A stretch of DNA of 53,420 nt, counting the filler, from Basidiobolus ranarum (lineage: Eukaryota), in NCBI GenBank assembly GCA_040143965.1. It is 3 parts of 3 records of this genome, joined end to end, with 100 filler letters (N's around TTAATTAATTAA, not from the genome) between each part and the next. Parts side by side here need not be neighbours in the genome. Positions count along the whole stretch, not along the records: positions 17,858 to 35,591 come from JASJQH010007169.1; 2 more parts are not named here. The stretch is one strand, 5' to 3'. Shown here one piece after another: positions 24,047 through 35,691 of the stretch (position 1 is its first letter; each line of letters opens with the position of its first letter). The notes beneath the pieces were generated by a model. It did no database searches and was not told the DNA's origin. It was given only the letters and a program-made list of their open reading frames with translations. The position numbers and the translations under genes were made by a program.

Positions 24047-25873
24047 ATGACAACGATAAATAAAGTTAATATCGCGAGTGAGCTCACAACTCTCTTACCT
24101 AAAACCCTAATCGATGATCTTGATAGGTCTCCAGGCTCCAAAATCTGGTGGTCTGAATTCTATTTACTGTCTAAATCCGCTACTCCGGTAGTCCTTACAT
24201 ATTTGCTTCAGAATTCCATTCAGTTGGCAAGTATATTCTCCCTGGGTCATTTGGTAAGCTTGAATATTTTGTAACATGGTTTCCTGCTCTTTTGGCTAAC
24301 ATAATACACATTGTAGGGTGCCAATGGTACACGTTTCTGATATATTGCTAGTTATTGAAAAGATCCTAATATTGGATTTCTTTAGAGCTTGCCGTTGCTG
24401 CATTAGCAAATATGTTTGCTTCAGTTACTTGTTGGTCAGTTTCCATTGGTATCTCAACTGCACTTGATACACTGGGAAGCCAAGCTTACACCGGCTCTGA
24501 AGACCCTCATGCGCTAGGTATATATCTTCAAAGAGCTATCGGAATCATGGGGGTCATCTTTGTACCAATCTCCTGCTTATGGTGGAATGCCGAGTATTTA
24601 TTACTCTGGCTGAGACAAGATCCAGAGTTGGCAGCTCTCGCAGGTCAATTCCTAAAATGTCTATTGCCAGGGGCATTTCCTTTTGTTTGCTTCGAATGCA
24701 TCAAAAGATATCTACAAGCACAAGGTACCAATCCCATTGAAATAATTAGTCGATCCCTACTAACTTTCTATATGCAAAGGTATCATGCATGCCAGTACCT
24801 ATGTGCTACTAATCGCCAGTCCAATTAACATGATGACCAATTACTTGTTTGTCTGGAGAGAACCATTTAAACTCGGCTTTATCGGGGCCCCATTGGCCAC
24901 TTCTTGTACATATATCATGATGCTGAGTATGTTAATACTGTATATCAAGTTTGTTGCTGGTGGTGACGCATGGGGTGGTTGGAACAAAAAAGCACTACAA
25001 GGATGGTGGCCATTTTTAAAACTAGGTGAATATTTTCTTGACTATTGGGGTAAAGAATGGTCGCTAAGTTAACCTATCTATTTACAGCATTACCAGGCAC
25101 CATCATGATATGTTGCGAATGGTGGGCATTTCAAGTGTCCGGTTTGGCAGCTGCATATTTCGGTACCATTGCATTGGCAGCTCAGTCCATCGTCTTAACT
25201 AGTTGCTCATTATTCTTCACCATTCCAATCGGTAAGTAGTTTGACGAATACTGCTGGCGTGCTTGTTTTGGTATTGAGTGCTTCTCTCATAGGAATCAGT
25301 ATCGCAGCCAGTAACCGGGTTGGGAATCTTCTAGGAGCTAATCGACCCAATCATGCTCGATTAGTAGCGAACTGCTCCTTAGTCTTAGCCCTCTTGTTTG
25401 GTTTATTCAATTCCACAATATTGTTCTCATTAAGAAATCGATGGGGATATTTATTTAATGACGATGAAAAGGTCATTGCGCTGGTGGCGAAAGTGTTACC
25501 TATTGGCGCCATGTTTCAGGTAAGTGAATGTTGTTAAAATGGATGATTCCGGTTCCATAGTTGAACTTCAATATCGTTCTAGATCTTTGATGGACTCGCT
25601 GGAGTCACTGGTGGTGTTTTGCGTGGGCAGGGAAAACAAAAGATCGGTGCTTACTTGAATATAGTGGCATACTATCTGATAGCTTTACCAATCGGCTATT
25701 GGCTCGCTTTTACTCTCAATTGGGAGTTACCGGGTATCTGGTGGGGTCTGCTATTCGCTTTGGCATTCGTGGCGATTGGTCAATTGATTTCAATCCTCTA
25801 TACTAACTGGCATGAGGAGGCTAGAAAAAGTAGAGAAAGAGTTAATCTAGAAAATGAGACAGGGCTACTCTGA
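24047..25873 (+). CDS. MATE family efflux transporter (ERC1-like), 7 exons
   Basis: Exons 24047-24253, 24317-24326, 24386-24724, 24780-25025, 25088-25231, 25293-25519 and 25583-25873. MATE motifs GHLGANELA, ALDTLGSQAYTG, RYLQAQG, EWWAF, RVGNLLGA and LRGQGKQKIGA. Confidence 0.92.
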
Positions 25874-26059
25874 TTCCCATTCATATAATTAATACTAAAT
25901 CTTCTTGTTAATTCTATACTACATATATTATATTAAATGGAAATGTTGATTAAAATTCCCGCCATCAGTGATTTATTTCTTAGCTGTGTCAAATTCAAAC
26001 AATCTTGACTTCAACATTAATACTAGAAGTGTACCACTCAGGTTTGTCATCAGATTCAA

Positions 26060-26855
26060 TCAATTCTTGACTTTGACGTCGGCACATGAAGTATACCACT
26101 CGGGTTTACCATCACTACCGTTCAACTTCCATCTCCATTGGATGAGATACTCTCCGGGTTTACGATCTTTAGGAATCTTGAAGCAACCACCACAACGTGC
26201 CTTGTCAGAACCACCTGAGAAGCAATTACCATAATTTAATTTGGCAATTGTCCATTTGTTCATTTCCTTTTGGCTTGGATCCTTGGATGTTGGCTTGGGT
26301 GGCATATTGATGTAAACAATATTATTCGGTTCATGTTGGTGAGTCTTGGCAGGCCAGCGGACACATAGTTGTTGACCAGGTTTCTTTATTGCCATGCGAC
26401 CCCACTTGTTCTGTCCATAGGCTTTGCTAGCAGGATTTGCGCGGGTTTCATCCGATCCGACTTCCTCATTCTCTCCGTTCTTATAACGTTTTCCAGTAGA
26501 GCATGCGGGCCAGTTATCTGAGCAAACAAAAGGTTATTTAGAATATTATGATATCATTCAGTGTTACTACGGATATCTTACCAGGATGTGCCTCTGATTG
26601 CTTATAATGACGATTAGGCCAGTCACTATCCAATGTTCCAAAGGGCTTCTTGGGAGTAACGCTACCATTCTTCCCATATTTAACTGGGAATCTACGAGCG
26701 TATCCACGACATTCACCGGCATTATCATCGTAGCTTTTATTCTTTGAATTTTTGAAACGCCAGTCCAAACAATCCACCCATGAATGAGCTTCACTTAAGG
26801 AGACAAAGATAAGGAAAGCAGTCAAAGCTACGGACAAGATTCGAATGTTAATCAT
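26060..26855 (-). CDS. Secreted His1 protein with LPMO-like (histidine-brace) features, family unassigned; 2 exons, 243 aa
   Basis: Exons 26855-26582 and 26517-26060 (64-nt GT-AG intron) join two ORF-track fragments in frame. Signal peptide ends SEA, exposing HSWVDC. Later WPAKTH, PGEYLIQWRW and WYTSCADVKV. Confidence 0.8.
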
Positions 26856-28918
26856 TTCAAATGATTAGATGGAGTGGAAGCAAAGATAAATTCTCTTCTA
26901 GAGAAATCTTTTCAAAAGAATATCTATCTCTTGGTTCGAAAAAGAGTCTTTTATGCAAATCTTCTTATCATATCTAGTTACTTCTATGAAGTCATAGATC
27001 GCCTCACTGAATAGTCATTTGTTGGTTTCTTTATTACTAAGAAACCTTTCAGGTGGTACCAGTTGAAAGATAACATGGGTGATCTCTGGAAATCTCCTTC
27101 CAAATGGGTGTCTCTGAGAAGATTTTCCCTCATAATTTCTTTTGTACCAAGTAACCCAGTGTAAAAGTGCCCTAGAACCACGCTGTATAATCAATATATC
27201 AGATATTTTAATGAAAAAATAATTAAAATTGAACGTACAATGTACTCATCAAATATGCCACGAGAATGAGGTATATATCTCCGATTGGTTGGGCGTATTT
27301 GAAAAAATTCCGTTACTATATTAGGGAATATATTATACACTGACCATTACACCATTACACCCTTACATTAATACTATTATATCAAAGAAACTTAATTCAA
27401 TCTCGCTTTGACATCGACAGATCGAGTTTGGGATGATGATCTCCTTCTCAGTTATACATCTATTGATGCATATTAGGCCAAAGACGTTCTCAGCATCATA
27501 GCCTTCCATCTCCCGTCAGAAATAAGTATTTTTAGCTAGTTAAATAGAGTATCTTGTCTGCGACTTAATTCTAGGAATCTTAGTTAAGATTGAACTATTC
27601 CATAGCTTTACCTCATATCTCTTTCCATCTATCCTGTGGAGAAACCCTGACTCCAGAACCTCTGGTGTTAACAACGGTATGTCATTATGTAGACTGAAGT
27701 GGTGGGAGTCTATGGTCAATGTGGAGAACATCACTCGAGATATTTTCTTTATTAAGCGTAAGCTCGTTATAGAGTGACGTCTGGTGATACCACGGAATCC
27801 TTTCATAGGTGTGCTGATTAGTGTTATCATCTAACGAACCAGGGATTTATGTATACTTTTTCAGGAGCCACCATTCATACTGGTTTGCCATGTCTTCGAA
27901 CATCCTGTTATTTAATGTAAAGAATGAAGCAATCAGTATAGGAGAACGTAAAGGCTGAAGAAGAGAGTCTTGTTAGGTCGGCTTACTCTTAATACAAATA
28001 GAAGTCTAGCATTAAATCGCTCAAACACTATTCATATCCGATGGATTCCGAATCCTTCGATTACATTCCGATCGAACAGTTCTATATTATCAGTCTCGAA
28101 TAGTCATTGGATACGATGCTTACTGTGACATTAGGTGTGAATTTACTAATATACATTTAATAAGAAAGAAGGTAAGAATGCCCAACTCACATATGTACCC
28201 ATATACTGCAATCAAAGTAAACATCATTTTGATTTTACAATAAAATTGATAAGCATCTGACACACTCTTGTTCTCCTCTTACTCTCCTAGATGCTTCCAA
28301 TGTCCTTACAGCAGTGAAGTGGGTAAATGAATCATAGCCAGATACAAATTTTCGTGGGCTTCTATGTATCACAGGATAATAAACATAACCATATATGGAT
28401 TATTACCCTCACACTTTATCTTTTGTTTGGATCAACAAGTGTTACTGCAATCTAGATACGGGGGTAGTTGGCATTCAAAATGAATGAGCAACCTTTATGT
28501 TTCTAAACAATTGACACATTTAGAAACAATGGAACCCCCCAATGATGAACAGAATAAATTTCCCAAATAATTTAAGAATTGTGTGCGAATTTAACTTCCC
28601 GTTACCAGTTACCCGAAAGATGATTCACATTTCACTTCATACGTCATTCAATTTAACAAAAACGTAGCAAGTAATTCCCAATCACATTCATGGTGGCTTA
28701 GAGTTTTGAACCATGATTCGAAGTTAGCTGTTTCAAAAGAAACAGTTGAATCAATACTCGCTTAACACGTCAAGTTAGAGTCGCATATTATCCGTGAAAG
28801 GCAAAGGCCTACATTCGCTCAATAGTTTTAGTGAGATAATAGTCAACAACTTATATGGAATCAAGGTTTTTATTTTTTTAAATATCTGTATTCACAAAGC
28901 CCATCGTGCAAAATCCTC

Positions 28919-29845
28919 TCAGTTACCACTCAAATATTGAGTAAAGAAGCTATCCAACTTCTTCACCGCAGGTCCAACATACTGTTCTTTATCATATAGA
29001 TCAATATGAGTGGCTCCATCTATCAAAAATAATTCCTTTGGTTCTTTGGCTTTCTTATATGCGGTTTCACTGAAGTAAAGGGTATCGGCATCAGTTCCGG
29101 CAATGAGAAGTAGAGGATGTGGCGAGATCAAATCCACATAGTCGAAGGCGGAGAAAGAAGCAAGTTGATCCAAGCTTCTAAAGACGTACCAGTTCTGTGA
29201 ATTAGGATGCTGCGCGCGCGATGTACGGTAATAATCTGTACCTTCGCGGAAGAGTGTACGAGGTGGTGCTGCCTTAGCTGCATCTTCAACAGTGTTGGGG
29301 ACTATATGCTCGAGACGTGGTGCTGCGCCGCGTGCTTCTTTGGTTCTTTCTTTACCAGCCTCCTCTAGATTCTTCTTTAAATCATCTGGAGATTGTGTAC
29401 CACCAAGACCTTCTCTGTACAGCTGTCCGATATCTGCAGCACTAATAGTAGCAACTGCTTTAATACGTCTCTCAGTTTGTGCGGTGAATGGGACGTAACC
29501 ACCCGCAGCACAAATTCCAAGAGCACCAATTCTTTCAGGATCCACTTGGTCTAATGTTGTCAAATAGGATACAGCAGACTTGAAATCTTCTGATCGAGCG
29601 GATGGATCTTCGAGGTAGCGTGGTTCACCTTCACTTTCACCTTGATATCCGGCATCAAATGTTAGGGCAATGAAGCCGAGGGAAGATAAGTGTTTAGCAT
29701 ACAATCCCGCAGTCTGTTCCTTCACACCTCCAAATGGATGTCCGACGACAATTGCAGCACGCTTCTTGCCACTGGAATCCGAAGGAAGGTAAAGTTCACC
29801 TTTGAGGGCAAGTCCATGACTCTGGAAAGTAACCTTTTGGGGCAT
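28919..29845 (-). CDS. Alpha/beta hydrolase, YcjY/PA2218-like
   Basis: Intronless 308 aa. HPFGGVKEQTAGLYA, FDAGYQGESEGEPR, nucleophile elbow GICAAGG (Cys), catalytic region DGATHIDLYD. Confidence 0.9.
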   Translation of the reverse strand: MPQKVTFQSHGLALKGELYLPSDSSGKKRAAIVVGHPFGGVKEQTAGLYAKHLSSLGFIALTFDAGYQGESEGEPRYLEDPSARSEDFKSAVSYLTTLDQVDPERIGALGICAAGGYVPFTAQTERRIKAVATISAADIGQLYREGLGGTQSPDDLKKNLEEAGKERTKEARGAAPRLEHIVPNTVEDAAKAAPPRTLFREGTDYYRTSRAQHPNSQNWYVFRSLDQLASFSAFDYVDLISPHPLLLIAGTDADTLYFSETAYKKAKEPKELFLIDGATHIDLYDKEQYVGPAVKKLDSFFTQYLSGN

Positions 29846-31391
29846 GATGGTTCAAATTGTTTAGATAAATCCAAGGACGACTCGTCTGCAGTTATATAGG
29901 TGCCAGTTGCAAAATCCGCTTTTACATAAGCTGGCCTTTTTTAGCACCTGGGATTGATCTTGCTGATTTGGTTTCACTGTATTTATGCGCTAGTTCCTAT
30001 CCTTCACCTAGGGAAGATAGTCTGCCGCAGTAACCGTAGTGACTCAGAAACTTTGGTTCAATCAGTAAGAAACGTCACGATTGACGCTATACTATTTTCA
30101 TGGACAAATACAAACCAAGCGAACAACATTAAAATTATTGTGGCATGAGTGCACATAATGAGGATAAATCAAAAATCTTGGGATTGTATTGACCCATTTA
30201 GGCTAAATCCAGAAAGATATTCACCCGCCATCATCCTGGTGTTGAATCCCACCTTAGGTAGCGTATTATGATTTATCAAATCTCACCAAATCTCACTTAC
30301 ACCTAAAACAAGTTTTAATGGCCTTTTTTTTGTTGACTCTAGAGTTAAAAGCAAAACATTCGAATAGATATAAACATTCATGTCGAAGTATTCTTATAGT
30401 GGTGTATATTTCACTGGATTTGGAAAGTGTTCCAAATAAACAAATCAAACTTATCCACATCTCGTGCTGACTGTTTCGCTCCTTGATGTACTCACCAACA
30501 CTACTGATATACTCAGTTTAGTCGTCTACAACTCTAGTAGAAAGTACAAAAACAACAAAAAGTATAATAAGCACTCTCTCAGGCAATCGATAATCTTTGT
30601 CATTAACATTTCGGGAGAGTATACTCGCCAATTGGATCGTACTCTCCGAATAATTCTGAAATGTTGATTATCTTCAAGATTGTAACGATACGAAGATTTT
30701 GTGAAGATTAATTATGAGAAGTGTAGTGTAAGTATATATTAATTTCTTCGATTTATTTTCTAATTGTGTAGATATATATAAGATTATATATTCATGTAGC
30801 AATGTGCGTTTTTCGATTGTTTCTTTGTTCCGTAACATGTTTATGTTTCTTTAGATAGCAAGAGGAACTGTCTTTATTGCGCGTCTTTATGCTATTATAT
30901 TTGTATTCAACACATGTTTGATCTACCAATTAAATTAACTACAAAAGGAGATCTTATACAATCATACTTCACTGAGATGATCCATTGGCTACGGTTCAGT
31001 TGATCTAGATATTTGCAGTATTGTTTCACATAGTAAATGGTCACCAACAAAAAAGGTGTTACATGGTTAAAGAGTATGGTTCCTTAAGATGTATACGGAT
31101 ATGTAACTTTATCTTGGAAATTTGAGGTAGTAGTATAGGAATATTCTTGTCATAGCTTTTCTTTCAAAGAAATGAATGTTGTTACGCAATCCAGTTAACA
31201 AAGAAAATAAGAATTACTTACTAAGAAAGTAACATTCTAAGATGTTGTGTTCTCAGAATAATATATATCTAAATAAGAAATAAACAATGTGCACGCAAGA
31301 TATATATACATAATTATATACTACTCTTCTACTTTCTATCTTCACATAATCTTTGCAACGTTAGTACTTACAAGATCCTCAATAATGAAAC

Positions 31392-31473
31392 GGTGAGATG
31401 GCCGAGTGGTCTAAGGCGCTGCGTTCAGGTCGCAGTCTCTCAGGAGGCGTGGGTTCGAACCCCACTCTCATCA
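31392..31473 (+). tRNA. trnL-CAG: tRNA-Leu (anticodon CAG)
   Basis: Acceptor stem GGTGAGA/TCTCATC+A, D arm TGGCCGAGTGGTCTAAGGC, anticodon arm CTGCG-TTCAGGT-CGCAG, long variable arm, GGTTCGAACCC T-loop and a downstream T-run. 82 nt, no intron. Confidence 0.97.
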
Positions 31474-32908
31474 TACTTTTACTTCAGTAGCAGGAGTGTC
31501 CTATTTCTTTTATGCACACTCAAAATTGAGAAATTTCATCATTATGAATACTACGTTTTTGTCTGTCTCTGTTATTTTTGTCAATGGGAAAACAAAGTAG
31601 AGTGCTTTCATTGTCCATGTACTTCCACATTGCTCCCAGATATGTAGTAAAGTGGAACATGACGTCAAGAAGATAGATAATTTTAATCGATTCTAGCTAT
31701 TGTCGAGATTCTTAATTGAATCCGATATAACTGCATATCTTTACCCTAACTCAGCATTTTCGATCAAGCATTCAATTTGAGATATGTGACTTTTAGCTTT
31801 GTTCCAAGATACATTGACATTATATTTGAATTTTTGAATATGAATATTTCTCAAGTCAGTAAGCGGTGAACTACCCGGGTTGCAATCCGAGCTCACCTGG
31901 GGGATTTTAATCACAATTAAGTAATATCGCCCAGATTACATCATTTGAAAACTAATTGTTATTATAAAATAACAGGTAAAAGTTTCCTACTGAGAATTAA
32001 TTTTCTAATAATAATTGCCACCTATTTTGATCAACTAACGAGGTGATATTCAATTGTGGGATTGAAATATTTTTTCAAGAAAGTTGTTGCTGATCAAATA
32101 ATTTCATCTCCAATTCGTTTCCTGATAGAGCAGAGATTCAGGTATATCAATCAATATATACAAAACAGAGTAGATGGAGTAATGTAAACAGATACAGTGT
32201 AGCTCAAGTAACTAAAAATCAAGTGAAATAATAACAATCAATCATGTTAGAGTTATCACGTGGCCTTTAAACTGGAGCTCAACATGATGTGCATCTATGT
32301 ACTGCTACTGTCCACTTTTCCATACATTGCCTCTACTGAACAATGTGACAGTTATGAGTACTTGCTCTGGATTAGGCACTAAGTATATGTGAAAATTAGA
32401 GGGTGATTAGCTCTGCTAGTAAAGAACTGTCATAGTGATGTATCTCTAACAATATTTTTACCTCTGTTGAATCAACGCGGATTTGATCGATCTTAATCAA
32501 TAATTGATTAATCACAAAATTGCAACAGTGGTGAACTCCGTCTATAACTTTTGACTGTCTGTGTTAAATAATAAAGTAACCCAGAGAAAGTCAAGCGGAT
32601 ATGGACTCACAAAATACTTGATATAAGCTTCTTTATTAAAGGTGGCAGCAATACTTCATCTTACCGATCCATAGACTTATTCATCATTAGTGGTATATCA
32701 GTCATGATATTTGATAGAGTATTTAGTCTTGTATATCTAGGATTAAAGGACAGTTACAAAAATGAAAAATCAAATTGATATGATAAATTTAATGGGAAAT
32801 ATTATAATAGAGTCAAGTCTCAATTTTCACAACATTATAGATACAACAGTATCAAATATAGAGGTAGCAACGACTAGAACGAACCTTTAGTAAATAGTAA
32901 GTTGTTTT

Positions 32909-33022
32909 GGCCTGCTGATATATATAGATGCTGATACCAAGAATCTAAGTGAAAACGCTATTCAAAAGGCTAAAGAGCCAAAGGAGTTATTCCTTGTTCC
33001 AGGAGCATCTCATGTCGATCTT
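32909..33022 (+). pseudogene. C-terminal fragment of a paralog of the YcjY-like hydrolase
   Basis: Translates DADTKNLSENAIQKAKEPKELFLVPGASHVDL versus DADTLYFSETAYKKAKEPKELFLIDGATHIDL in the 28919-29845 gene. No flanking ORF. Confidence 0.8.
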
Positions 33023-33239
33023 TCGATATACTAATTGCATCGGCAAAAGGGCAAACTTTGTAATTGATATATACCCACATCTTAACTATTTGCTAATAGC
33101 TCGCTCTTGTATGAAGTGATAGAATTATATATCTAAGCAAGTACATGGTAACGTACTAAGCTCTCAGGTGCTTAGACATCAAAAATTATCAGTCAAAGGA
33201 TTAGGAATCTATCTGGGGTTAGGAAACTTGTTCTTGTTG

Positions 33240-34620
33240 GTTTATAGATGCAAATCCAAATACCTATTCCACACTTGCCTTTGGTTCAAAAAAAAATCGC
33301 GATACAAATACAAATGTATCCTGGTATCGACATAGCTCACAGCGCGGTAGAACATTTGCGTGGGAAGAATAATGACTGTAATGAGTAAACTATCCCTTAA
33401 CGCAGCTGGAAAACTTACGACTGGCTTGTAACGCAGCTCAGAAACATCCAATTGAATTCCGCTCGAAAACATGCAATTGAGTTGTAATGTGGCCAAAAAC
33501 CATAGAATTGTGTTGTAACACAGCTTGAAGATACTTTTTGTAACATAAGATGAAAGCAGGTTTGGTCGCTTAAAATCAAACACTGTTAATAGAATAAAAT
33601 GAAAATAGTTTCTCTAGCATAAATTGAAAACACCTTTAGTAACTTGAAATAAAACTCCTCGATGTACTATAAAATGCAACCACTTTTTGGACTACAAAAT
33701 CTGAACATCGTCACAGAAGTGGAATACACTCAACAGGTTACAACCAAGATCAAACTCCTTCTGTTGAGCAGCCAGCAAGTGTTCAAACCCAATCTGAGTC
33801 AATTTTACTTCTTAAGCAAGTAAAACGTAGTACGAGGTATTTTGACCGTCGGAACTGACATTGTTATCCCTAACATTAAATTAGTAATTAAACTTACTTA
33901 GCATTAGTCTTACCTGCTAAAGTATCCGTAGCTGATTCTCTAGTCAAAACAATAAGCAGTTAGCAAGCGTTGAGACCCAACCTAGCCAGTTTTTACTTCC
34001 AATACCATGATAATTTGAATGATGTGAGTTTCAACAATCAAGGAAATTTTGACATAAAGTTTTGAAGTGGAAAGTTACGCTACAACAAGGAGAAGTTACA
34101 GAATCTAGGTCCAGTTAGAGAATATTCTTTAACCTCTGCCTGATTAAATACCGTAAGCAGATAAAGATCTTGAACAAATTGTAAGATATTAGTTGTCTTT
34201 TGCAGTCAAAGCTACAATAATTCAAATAAGTTACAGTATATTTAATATGACAATGCAAGGATATTTCAAATGATTTGGAATTTTTTTTTATGATAGTAAT
34301 AGAATTACCAGCTGTCAGAATGTGCAAACCGCCCTTAGCTGATAATGAACTGTATCTAATTCTGTTAGCAATTCCCAAATAAATCTTCATTAGTCTCCAT
34401 AATAAAGCTAGGCAATTAATCAATGATTCGATCTGAAGTGTTTGGTGCAGGTGGCTAGCACAGATGACTAGCAGCAAATGATAAAGGCTCTTGAAATCTA
34501 CTGCATCAAAGGAGCTGTTGAATCCAGAATGCCAAGACTGTTTAATCAACAAAAGATTGATCAGGTTTAGCATGGATATTAAGATTTGCCAGTGGCTAAG
34601 ACTGTGTTGGAGTAAACAAG
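33240..34620 (-). mobile_element. Highly degenerate LINE ORF2 remnants (RT motif and zf-RVT-like C-terminus)
   Basis: Frameshifted VLAF(L)D...FDAVD near 34495-34545 (compare VLAFLDIKxAYDxVD of LINE RTs), YLGI near 34375, and LPT...PRCELCRYQDTF...QVWNRYL near 33260-33370. These may be more than one element. Confidence 0.45.
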
Positions 34621-35113
34621 AAATTGTGGCTAACTAGTGATGGGATATACGTAACAATATATTTAAATGCTGTATTTGTTAAGAAATGTAGATCAAAGCT
34701 TTATTTATATTGTGAAGCAGTCATTCTTTGGAAATATATGGCTCACTTTAGCAGATACAATCCACATTTAATCTTGATACAATTTGCATACACATTATTG
34801 CTTAAAACAGATCCATTTCTTTGCATGCATTTTTCAAATGAGAATATCTCTTCATTTACTCCATGCTTTAATGTAGTATTTGTCACATTGCTTAAGCAGA
34901 GCCCAAATGATAGTACTTAATGTTACAAAGGTGATTCCAGTAATCTTGGTAATATTGTACATACTTATATTCAGCACAGTAAGCAAACTCCTAACAGATC
35001 TGGGCTATTCTCAAAATTCACCAACTACAATATTTCAAGATACTCAATCAGTGTAGTTCTCCCATATTTCACTAAGAGATCACTCACTATTCTCAAGAGG
35101 AATATACTTTGAT

Positions 35114-35207
35114 GTTCTCAGATATACAGATTCTTCAAACCTGTGCTAGAAGCTCCAAGCTTTGCACACATGTTCCAGGGACCTTCCTCAACACATTATA
35201 CACATTA
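35114..35207 (+). repeat. Dispersed repeat homologous to 6302-6386
   Basis: gttctcagatata.agatt.ttcaaa plus a 60-nt block with 51/60 identity to 6327-6386. Confidence 0.8.
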
Positions 35208-35506
35208 TTTTGTCTTTCACAACTACTACACCCAAGGTGGAATATGTTCACCTGGGAAACACTGGCATGAGGGTAGGTATCAATCCTTTTCTTGAAGTTT
35301 GACTGAAACTAACCAAATGCACACATTGGTTAAAATTATTAGGTGTCTAAAATCTGTCTTGGCTGTGTGACTTATGGTGACGTTCATGGGGATAGTTTCA
35401 ACTTCACTGAATCACACCAAATGCTGCTACAATAACTAAATGACAGGCTGCGCATTCTTAGGGTATAGATGTTCTGGCAAGGGTAAGGGAGGGTAAGGAT
35501 GAAAAG

Positions 35507-35576
35507 AGGGGGTCTGGGGGATGCAGTCCTCCCAGTATAAAAAGAAAGCAGGGGGTTTGGGGGATGCAATCCCCCA
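35507..35576. repeat. Two tandem G-rich hairpin motifs
   Basis: agggggtctgggggatgcagtcctcccag and agggggtttgggggatgcaatccccca. The second forms TGGGGGAT-GCA-ATCCCCCA. Confidence 0.75.
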
Positions 35577-35591
35577 TGTACACCCTTCTCA

Positions 35592-35691
35592 NNNNNNNNN
35601 NNNNNNNNNNNNNNNNNNNNNNNNNNNNNNNNNNNTTAATTAATTAANNNNNNNNNNNNNNNNNNNNNNNNNNNNNNNNNNNNNNNNNNNN
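35592..35691. other. Artificial contig linker/assembly gap
   Basis: N44 + TTAATTAATTAA + N44, identical to the first linker. Confidence 0.97.

Noticed and set aside
27400-27900. 96-aa minus-strand ORF and flanking broken frames
   Set aside because: No recognisable domain; possibly pseudogene debris but unsupported.
22133-29845. Receptor + MATE + LPMO-like + hydrolase as a functional gene cluster
   Set aside because: No backbone biosynthetic enzyme or shared regulatory motif seen; adjacency alone is insufficient.
31393-31647. 84-aa ORF MRWPSGLRR...
   Set aside because: Spurious translation of the tRNA-Leu gene.
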